Below are positions 15,643-22,361 of a stretch of DNA of 22,422 bases, one piece after another. The position numbers and the translations under genes were made by a program. Position 1 is the stretch's first letter, and each line of letters starts with the position of its first letter. The notes beneath the pieces are model-generated. The model did no database searches. It saw only the letters and a list, made by a program, of their open reading frames with translations, and was not told the origin of the DNA. Origin of the DNA: a virus (lineage: Duplodnaviria; Heunggongvirae; Uroviricota; Caudoviricetes); the IMG/VR virus record IMGVR_UViG_3300033066_001266, positions 1 through 22,422 of that record; one strand, given 5' to 3'.

Positions 15643-15716
15643 TGGAGTTCAAAACTTGCAAGGGCTATTTCGTTAGAAATACCTCCCTTTCGAGAAGCCT
15701 GCCACCACTCTTTATT
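15634..15716 (-). ncRNA. candidate small structured RNA (multi-stem junction)
   Basis: 12-bp closing helix AATAAAGAGTGG/CCACTCTTTATT encloses TTCTC-GAAA-GGGAG and TATTTC-TAAC-GAAATA. The G-U pairs work on the minus strand only. Confidence 0.5.
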
Positions 15717-16193
15717 TTAATATTCTAATCTTGTGAATTTACCAGTAATACCATTAGAATCAGGAACAATATTAGAAGCAAACCATGATTCATGATTTTT
15801 ACATATTACCTGAATCATTTGATTATTATTAGCACGAATGCTGTTAATTAAAGAGTGAGGTATATAATTTATTTCTTGTTTTTCTTTTTTAACAAAAGCA
15901 GAACATGAATAAACTATTATACCATTAGGTGCTTCTAACTCGATATCTTGAAAATAACCGTGATCATATCCACTTGCAATAATTCTATCATCAACCCCTG
16001 TTTTAATTACTTTAAATGCTATATTTTTAACAATAGTATCTAATCCAAAAATAAGTGGATACTTATAAACAATTGCAGGATAATCAATAGTAGCATCCTT
16101 AATAGAAAAACCGGATCCATCGATAAATTTTACAAAATCTCCTACTTTAATATTTTTATCTATACGTTTAGTAGCAATAAATGATTTTTTCAT
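15717..16193 (-). CDS. hypothetical protein (~158 aa)
   Basis: Start moved to ATG 16193 (MKKSF); the track's upstream extension runs through a hairpin. Confidence 0.75.
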   Translation of the reverse strand: MKKSFIATKRIDKNIKVGDFVKFIDGSGFSIKDATIDYPAIVYKYPLIFGLDTIVKNIAFKVIKTGVDDRIIASGYDHGYFQDIELEAPNGIIVYSCSAFVKKEKQEINYIPHSLINSIRANNNQMIQVICKNHESWFASNIVPDSNGITGKFTRLEY

Positions 16194-16332
16194 AATAAGT
16201 TTTTTAAAGGTTAATACCCTGTCGGGTGATATAAGTACCAAGCAATTAGCTTGTTGTGTCCTAAGTTTTTTAAGTTATCCTTATATCTTTAGTTAATATT
16301 GCTCAGATACCAACTAATCACAATGAGCTATT

Positions 16333-16479
16333 TTAAGATTGAAGATCAATTATTATATAGGAAAATATAGCCATAAATATTAATCTATCAATTGCTTCTT
16401 TTAATGTTTTATCAAATAATGCAGAGTATATAATAGTTACTACTAAAATACAAAGCCATCTTATTAATTTAATATTCAT
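16333..16479 (-). CDS. small two-TM membrane protein (48 aa), not in the ORF track
   Basis: MNIKLIRWLCILVVTIIYSALFDKTLKEAIDRLIFMAIFSYIIIDLQS*. Confidence 0.6.
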   Translation of the reverse strand: MNIKLIRWLCILVVTIIYSALFDKTLKEAIDRLIFMAIFSYIIIDLQS

Positions 16480-16498
16480 AAGTTTGATTTTAAATGGT

Positions 16499-16672
16499 TT
16501 ACATTCCAAATTTATTATATGTTAGTCTACATATAACAATGGCACATTTAGCAACATTAGGATAGCTTACAAGAGCATCATTATGTTCAATACAATGGAA
16601 ATTTCTCGTATCTACATTATATGCATTATAGATATTAAAATCTATTTCTTGATAGAGAATCCAATTGTCCGT
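16499..16672 (-). pseudogene. 57-codon frame starting with ACG instead of ATG
   Basis: Leader AATCAATAAACT, then ACG GAC AAT TGG...: (M)DNWILYQEIDFNIYNAYNVDTRNFHCIEHNDALVSYPNVAKCAIVICRLTYNKFGM*. Confidence 0.45.
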
Positions 16673-16719
16673 AGTTTATTGATTTAATTGATGGAATGCT
16701 ATATAAAGAATGAAATGTG

Positions 16720-16917
16720 TTATTGTTTATGATTACTACAATTTCCTTTATGAACAAAAGATAGGCTTAATCCATTATGAAATTGTATATATTGACATTT
16801 ATCAACAATAATAATATCATAGCCTTGTGTTTTTTTAGTCTCTTTGCCACTTGTAGATTTACCAATAAGTAAGAACATGACTATGATAAGTATTGCTGTG
16901 TATAATAGTTGTTTCAT
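16720..16917 (-). CDS. small membrane-anchored or secreted protein (65 aa)
   Basis: N-terminal hydrophobic helix; IIIVDKCQYI...HKGNCSN motif with two Cys. Confidence 0.75.
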   Translation of the reverse strand: MKQLLYTAILIIVMFLLIGKSTSGKETKKTQGYDIIIVDKCQYIQFHNGLSLSFVHKGNCSNHKQ

Positions 16918-16942
16918 AATTAGTTATTTAGTTAATAATGAA

Positions 16943-17188
16943 TTAGTTATGTTTAAATCCTTCTTCAAGCTTGTATGTGAGGTTGGTTGAATGAATGTCT
17001 TTATTATTTATTCCGGTGCAAAATGACATATATCTACCATCAAATTTCTCTGGTTGTCCTTGCTTATCTAATTTACAACCCCAAATGGTGCTATCATCAA
17101 TTTTTAAACATATAAATAGACCATTATTCCAAGAAAATGAGGGATGTGAAAGGCGTAAGCTATATACATTTCCTATTTTATATTCCAT
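16943..17188 (-). CDS. hypothetical protein (81 aa)
   Basis: Track ORF with A/T leader. Confidence 0.7.
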   Translation of the reverse strand: MEYKIGNVYSLRLSHPSFSWNNGLFICLKIDDSTIWGCKLDKQGQPEKFDGRYMSFCTGINNKDIHSTNLTYKLEEGFKHN

Positions 17189-17362
17189 AATAAATGAATT
17201 TATATGTTTTATAATGTTGTTTTAATGCTATTGATGGACGTAATGCGTAGCCATTTGACTACATATTCGATGTTGTTAATAATCTAAGGATGTGTTTACA
17301 CCCCCTAAATCACACATTTTACTCCATTTCAATCATTATTTACCAATAGTTGTCATAAAACA

Positions 17363-17392
17363 TCTATTGATAATCAATGAGTTATGATAAAA
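17363..17392. repeat. copy 2 of the ATAA-TCAATnnn-TTA motif
   Basis: tctattgataa-tcaatgag-ttatgataaaa; the right arm matches the XerD arm TTATGTTAAAT at 9/11. Confidence 0.65.
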
Positions 17393-17493
17393 TAGTGCCA
17401 ATTAGTCTGTTTTTGCCACAAGGGTAAGACAAATAAATTAATTATATCCTCACCACCATATTACAGAGTGTATTGGATATAACTAAGACATAT

Positions 17494-17775
17494 TTAACCG
17501 AATGTTGTGTCTTCTTTTACCATGGGCTTATGGATTTCATGATATTTAGTAGCTATTTTAACGAGATATAGATGCTCATCCACAACATTTCCCATTTCTT
17601 CTATACTATTACTACCATCAATAAGGGCTTTCAATCCAGTTTTAAGCTCTTTTAAACTTGAAGGCTGGAAATGCTTAAAGAATGAAGCTAATAATTTCTT
17701 ATCAACAACAGCTTTTTCATCAGAAGTAGACACTGTAGATAGGTCTAATGATACATACGTGGGTTTCATTGCCAT
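17494..17775 (-). CDS. hypothetical protein (93 aa)
   Basis: Isolated ORF with AACTAAAACAATTAAATC leader. Confidence 0.75.
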   Translation of the reverse strand: MAMKPTYVSLDLSTVSTSDEKAVVDKKLLASFFKHFQPSSLKELKTGLKALIDGSNSIEEMGNVVDEHLYLVKIATKYHEIHKPMVKEDTTFG

Positions 17776-17846
17776 GATTTAATTGTTTTAGTTAGTGATT
17801 ATCTCTCATTGAAGAGCACAACGACATTTTCACATCCATTTTATAA

Positions 17847-17876
17847 TGTCTTGATAATCAATATGTTAGTATTTCA
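17847..17876. repeat. copy 3 of the ATAA-TCAATnnn-TTA motif
   Basis: tgtcttgataa-tcaatatg-ttagtatttca. Confidence 0.55.
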
Positions 17877-17891
17877 ATAATTCAAATAAGT

Positions 17892-17915
17892 GTGTTTTCG
17901 CCATAGGGAAAACAC
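17892..17915. terminator. terminator-like hairpin, possibly bidirectional
   Basis: GTGTTTTC-gccatagg-GAAAACAC; TTTTTTATTTT follows on plus and ACTTATTT on minus. Confidence 0.6.
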
Positions 17916-17929
17916 TTTTTTATTTTATT

Positions 17930-18790
17930 CCCCTCTGCACTCAGTTGAAATTGCATTAGCCCCAATATTGTTATTTCAAATATTGATAATATCTCTATGC
18001 TATTCTATTACAACTGTCTCATCCTTGGGAGCTGATTAATCCAGTAGTACTACAACATTACTGTTGTCCATTGCTGAATAACTAACGCAGCATTACCTGT
18101 AGTTAGTTTCAATTAATCAGGTAGTTTCACATCTTAGATACAATGTAGATTGTATTTTACTCAAACACATGGGAATGAGGATTCCAAACATAATACAAGT
18201 TAACCAAAGCAACTTTAACCCAAATGGGACTAAGGATACCTCTTTATTTGCATATATCAGAGGCTACAGACCTTACCTGTAGTGTATTGTTACATCGTTC
18301 TAAGAAGTCTTTATATCTACATGAGAATGGTGCATTAATGGAAGAGGTTTCTTTCCGTACTCTCCCAATTACGTCGCTTGCCAAGCATTTTCTTTTGACT
18401 CTTACATCTCCTAGCTTAACGGAGAACGGTACATTTTGTGTATTTCATAATAGTTCGGCTTGCCAAACCTAGGTTTGAGGGAATTACATCTCCAAGGCAA
18501 TAAGGAGAACACCACACTACTGTGCTGGAACGTCAGTCGACATCACACCAAATAGCTGGTGGATATCTCAACCTATTCCTGTGACTAATAGAGAAATCTG
18601 CTTAATATTTATAATCAAGCAGACTTTGAAACTGCATCTTTTCAGATGAGTTAATAATTAATTTCAGAGGCTCAGCTGATTCCATAAATCTTTTTGATAT
18701 TATGATCAGCACACTTTTCCTCCGGGAACCTATCTGTATCTTTTTCAGAATCAGCTATCCCATATTACACTGATAATGTAATATTTCATG
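17930..18790 (-). ncRNA. candidate large structured non-coding RNA (~860 nt; boundaries approximate)
   Basis: No credible ORF. GC is 229/600 (38%) over 18001-18600 by hand count, above the AT-rich flanks. There are more than 10 nested or adjacent helices, GNRA loops on the minus strand, and an internal ~82-nt duplicated module. Confidence 0.6.
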
Positions 18791-19057
18791 TTTTTAAGCC
18801 TTATCAGAGCTTATTATCATAATACTAGTTATTTTGTAGTTATTACGTTTCATTAAAGACTATAGTATGTAATATATTGACTATTAATAAACTCTAAGGT
18901 CCACTCTTTAGTCCATATACCTGAGTATATAAAGAATGTTGAAGTTTGCGAACAACTACCGCTATGAGCATTTATTAGTAATCAATATATTACATCTGAG
19001 TAATAAAGATTTAATTATTAATCTTTTGATTTTGTACCATAATAGGTATAGAATATT

Positions 19058-19234
19058 CTATTGTAAACGTAAGCTAATTTTAATGATGAGTAGTACTATT
19101 CCAAATATCATGGCAACCGCTATCACACTATGATAAACAATCATAAGCATAGTTAAGTCTATATCACTATTTGGTATGTTATCAGCATCTTCAGTAAACA
19201 TTCCATAGATAGGTATCCATTTACTTCCTTTCAT
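19058..19234 (-). CDS. small membrane protein (58 aa), not in the ORF track
   Basis: MKGSKWIPIYGMFTEDADNIPNSDIDLTMLMIVYHSVIAVAMIFGIVLLIIKISLRLQ*, with TATTTAACT leader. Confidence 0.65.
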   Translation of the reverse strand: MKGSKWIPIYGMFTEDADNIPNSDIDLTMLMIVYHSVIAVAMIFGIVLLIIKISLRLQ

Positions 19235-19330
19235 AGTTAAATAGTAATATATTGCGCCATTTTTTGGCCCAATTCATTGTTTATTGATAATATTACTCTT
19301 AGCAATTAAAGAGATATAATACCCTCCTAT

Positions 19331-19360
19331 TTCCCTCATAATCAATTGATTACGTTAAAA
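19331..19360. repeat. copy 4 of the ATAA-TCAATnnn-TTA motif
   Basis: ttccctcataa-tcaattga-ttacgttaaaa; core TAATCAATTGATTA is a perfect 14-bp palindrome and the right arm is 9/11 to TTATGTTAAAT. Confidence 0.65.
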
Positions 19361-19686
19361 ATAAACGGTTTGCCCCAATTTCTATCCATAAACCGCTATG
19401 TTGTACCCAAATCCAACAATTTTTTAAAATAAGAGGAGAGAATGTTTACTCCCCTCTATTTTATTCTTCGCTTTAACACTAAAGCGGTTTTAAGAATCAT
19501 TTGAAAAGCGGTTTGCCTCGTTATTAACCTAAATAACTGGGAAACCGCTTTGTAAGAACTGTTGTTTTACCTAAACTTGCCATTCCATAGTTGGTTTGAG
19601 TTCAGGTAAATATATTGAAGCCAATTGGCTAAATTATCATTTTAATTGTACCTCCTTAAATTAATGAATAGACTAAATAAAAAAGA

Positions 19687-19712
19687 GGAAGCAACTCTGT
19701 TGAGTCGCTTCC
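19687..19712 (-). terminator. intrinsic terminator after 19736..20173
   Basis: GGAAGCGACTC-AACA-GAGTTGCTTCC (one G-U) followed by TCTTTTTT. Confidence 0.8.
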
Positions 19713-19735
19713 CTTAGTCCATATTTCATTATCAA

Positions 19736-20173
19736 TTAAGACACAGGTGCAAGATCAACTACAGGTGCAGGTGCTGCAGCCAAATTGCTTGAATTCAGCC
19801 CAGGAGTAGTTGCATTAGCATTCAGGATAACATTCTCTGCTGTATTATTTTCGGTAGTCGTTACGTCAACTACAACAGGTGCTCCAAGCTCTTTACGAAG
19901 CCCAATAATTTCACTTACTTCAACGGGACCAAGCACTGTATGGTTAAATCTTCTACCATAAACAGGATCAGCTGTGCCTTCGTTGATCATTACCAAAACT
20001 GTAGTACCAGCTACAAGACTTGCTCTCTCGGCTACTGTACCAGCTACAACCATGGCACGATTAGGAAGTTTACCAGCAATAGGAGTTAACCAAACTGCGT
20101 CTTTGCCGTTCTTATCAGTCTTGTTTTCACCTTGGAAAGGACTAACAACTACAGCTACGATTTCATTGTACAT
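19736..20173 (-). CDS. hypothetical protein (145 aa), monocistronic, probably highly expressed
   Basis: Higher GC with GCT/CGT/AAC-type codons; strong terminator; beta-rich core and low-complexity Ala/Pro tail. Confidence 0.8.
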   Translation of the reverse strand: MYNEIVAVVVSPFQGENKTDKNGKDAVWLTPIAGKLPNRAMVVAGTVAERASLVAGTTVLVMINEGTADPVYGRRFNHTVLGPVEVSEIIGLRKELGAPVVVDVTTTENNTAENVILNANATTPGLNSSNLAAAPAPVVDLAPVS

Positions 20174-20235
20174 AAAACTTTATTTAAATTTTTGGAATTT
20201 CCCCCAGAATTCCTGAATATTGATTATAATCATTG

Positions 20236-20335
20236 AGGATAGGCGGGGGTAGCCGTCCTCTCTCAAATTGACGAAGGGTTGATAGGGGGAGAGTACTTGA
20301 GTATTATATACAGGGGGGGTTTTATATACGGGGGT
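20236..20335. other. G-tract cluster at the transcription strand switch
   Basis: G5 (20245-49), G5 (20285-89), G7 (20313-19) and G6 (20330-35) in AT-rich DNA; hairpin GAGGAT..GGC/GCC.GTCCTC at 20236-20260. Confidence 0.7.
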
Positions 20336-20359
20336 ACTTTATAATAAAGGTGCTTTTAC

Positions 20360-20390
20360 TTGGAGGATTAGTATTCTTTATGTATATTTG
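20360..20390 (+). promoter_or_regulatory. Bacteroidota primary-sigma promoter
   Basis: TTG (20360-62), 20-nt spacer, TATATTTG (20383-90), then CA; fits the -33/-7 TTTG/TAnnTTTG consensus. Confidence 0.6.
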
Positions 20391-20394
20391 CACT

Positions 20395-20532
20395 ATGATA
20401 CATAATATGATATTATTAGGATATAGAGTTTATAGATATTCTGGAGATCCACAGAAAAGGATGTTTATAGAGATGGTTAAGCTTGAGGAATATCCTCACC
20501 TTATATTTATAAAGAATAAAAAGCAGTTATGA
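20395..20532 (+). CDS. small hypothetical protein (~45 aa)
   Basis: ATG 20395 directly follows the promoter; its TGA overlaps the ATG of the methyltransferase stub. Confidence 0.5.
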   Translation: MIHNMILLGYRVYRYSGDPQKRMFIEMVKLEEYPHLIFIKNKKQL

Positions 20533-20570
20533 ATGTACTAAGCGTTTTTGATGGTATAATAATTAATTAA
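20529..20570 (+). pseudogene. stranded 5' stub of the C5 DNA methyltransferase gene
   Basis: ATG AAT GTA CTA AGC GTT TTT GAT GGT ATA ATA ATT AAT TAA = MNVLSVFDGIIIN*. NVLSVFDG is identical to motif I at the start of 21219..22361. Confidence 0.8.
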
Positions 20571-20610
20571 GTTTATTTGATAGTATGAAAAATTTGTCGT
20601 ATATTATATT

Positions 20611-21237
20611 ATGAGTTTAATATATTGTATAACAAATAGAATAAATAACAAAAAATATATAGGTCAAACTATAAATAGTGCTGATTTTAGACTTAGGAAA
20701 CATATAAGTTGTATTAATTGTAAAAATATTTGCTCAGCACTTTACAGTGCCATTAAAAAATATGGAAAAGAAAATTTTTTTATAAAAGAGATAATCTCTG
20801 GTGAATTTTCAAAAGAGGAATTAAATATTTTGGAGGAAAAATATATAAAAGAATATAATACTATAAGTCCATATGGATATAATTTACAAACAGGTGGTGG
20901 AAGTTTTAGAGTTTCAGAAGAAGTAAAAGCTAAAATGAAAGTAAAAATGAAAGGAAGAAAAATAACATGGGGGGATAAAGTAAGTGAAAGTATGAAAAAG
21001 AAATGGAAAGATCCTGAATATAGAAAAACTCAAATTTTACAAAGACATGAAAAGAGAGGAAAATATAAAGAAGGGATAGTTAAAGAAAAACTTCGTGTTA
21101 AAATAGATGAAGAAGAGTTTACAAACGATTATAAAGATGGAATGAAACTTAAAGAGTTAAAAACTAAATATAATATATCTGTTCCAACTATTTATAGAAT
21201 AATAAAAACTAATAATATATGCAAAAGAAGGGATTAA
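20611..21237 (+). mobile_element. GIY-YIG homing endonuclease gene (NUMOD3-like linker, C-terminal HTH)
   Basis: LIYCITNRINNKKYIGQT...RLRKH...LEEKYI...GYNL; SEEVKAKM..KMKGRK repeat-like segment; GMKLKEL.TKYNISVPTIYRII HTH. Confidence 0.9.
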
Positions 21238-22361
21238 ACGTTCTGTCGGTTTTTGATGGGGTGAGTTGTGGTAGGGTAGCGCTTGAACAAGCGGGTATCC
21301 AAGTAGATAGATACTTTGCAGCAGAGATAGACAAGTTTGCCATAAAGGTTAGTCAGGATAATTTTCCTGATATTGAAAGATTGGGGGATATCAGACATAT
21401 AGAAGTATCTGCGCTTCCCCTAATTGATTTATTTATAGGTGGTTCACCTTGCCAAAGCTTTAGTTTTGCAGGTAAGATGAAAGGAATGTCTACCACAGAC
21501 AATATTGAGATAACTAATCTTAGACAATACTTAGATTTAAGAGATAGCGGTTTTCAGTTTCAGGGTCAGTCTTATTTGTTTTGGGAGTATGTTCTTATCT
21601 TAGAGCAGTTAAGGGTTAAAAATCCCGATGTTTTATTTTTATTAGAGAATGTAGCCATGCATAAGAAATGGGAAGATGTTATTTCTCAAGCACTTGGAGT
21701 ACAACCCCATAAAATCAATAGTAATAAATATTCTGCCCAAAATAGAAAGAGACTATATTGGACTAATATACCTAATGTTCAAGATAAGGAAGAAGATGAT
21801 TTAAAGCTAATGCTTGCAGATGTACTTCTTGAAGAAGCAGATTTCACATTTCCCACTAATATAAGAATTAAATACATAGAATCAAGAAAGGAGAAAGGGC
21901 GTAGTAAAGGAGTTATAGAAGATTTTAATCAAAAAGCACCTTGCTTACTTGCCTCCATGTATAAGAATATGAGTCAACACACTATTTACAATAGAAGTAA
22001 AGGCTTTGGAGAAGTGGAAGCAATAGTTTCTGATGGGGATTCACTATTTGTTCAAGAGGGTACTAAGAAAGGCTTTGTAGAAGTTAAGAATGGTCAGTTT
22101 TTCGATTATTCATATCCAAAGTCTGCGACAAGAAGAGGTAGATTAATGAAAGATAAATCACATTGCCTTCTTGCATCTGCTAATAATTTTGTAAGATGGA
22201 AAGATAATACAATTAGATTCTTACATCCTATAGAAGCGGAGCGTTTGCAAGGTCTTCCTGATAATTACACAGCTTCTGTATCTACTTCCCAAAGACTTAA
22301 ATGCCTTGGTAATGGATGGAATGTTCCTACAATAACACACATATTTAAAAATCTATGCTAG
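21219..22361 (+). CDS. dcm: DNA (cytosine-5)-methyltransferase
   Basis: Motif I VLSVFDGVSCG, EID, GDI, motif IV GGSPCQSFS, motif VI LLENV, R.RLYW, motif IX EAERLQG, motif X LGNGW. No cognate restriction enzyme in the window. Confidence 0.95.
   Translation: MQKKGLNVLSVFDGVSCGRVALEQAGIQVDRYFAAEIDKFAIKVSQDNFPDIERLGDIRHIEVSALPLIDLFIGGSPCQSFSFAGKMKGMSTTDNIEITNLRQYLDLRDSGFQFQGQSYLFWEYVLILEQLRVKNPDVLFLLENVAMHKKWEDVISQALGVQPHKINSNKYSAQNRKRLYWTNIPNVQDKEEDDLKLMLADVLLEEADFTFPTNIRIKYIESRKEKGRSKGVIEDFNQKAPCLLASMYKNMSQHTIYNRSKGFGEVEAIVSDGDSLFVQEGTKKGFVEVKNGQFFDYSYPKSATRRGRLMKDKSHCLLASANNFVRWKDNTIRFLHPIEAERLQGLPDNYTASVSTSQRLKCLGNGWNVPTITHIFKNLC

Noticed and set aside
18376-18510. CRISPR array
   Set aside because: Only two clear units, with the conserved parts split into three short blocks; no cas genes or leader.
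18255-18675. TCAGAGGCTAC as a group I intron R element; CAGATGAG/GAAAC as a hammerhead core
   Set aside because: No matching S element or P7 partner at a sensible distance and no flanking exons; the hammerhead order and stems do not fit.
19234-19339. In-frame TGA (19276-74) upstream of the 19058..19234 gene as a fourth readthrough case
   Set aside because: ATG 19234 has its own typical leader, so the upstream frame is not needed.
619-20216. Plus-strand track ORFs 619..873, 4089..4280, 12339..12557, 13685..14020, 16995..17225, 18224..18472, 18936..19133 and 19974..20216
   Set aside because: Most are antisense shadows of better minus-strand genes, and none has a typical leader or recognisable motif. 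18224..18472 lies within the structured candidate RNA.
20577-20605. TTGATA-N17-TATATT sigma70-type promoter for the endonuclease
   Set aside because: It does not fit the Bacteroidota primary sigma consensus and is easily met by chance at this AT content.
20556-21260. Group I intron carrying the GIY-YIG gene
   Set aside because: There is no room for or sign of P/Q/R/S core elements, and the exon-1 sequence is duplicated in recoded form downstream, which splicing would not require.
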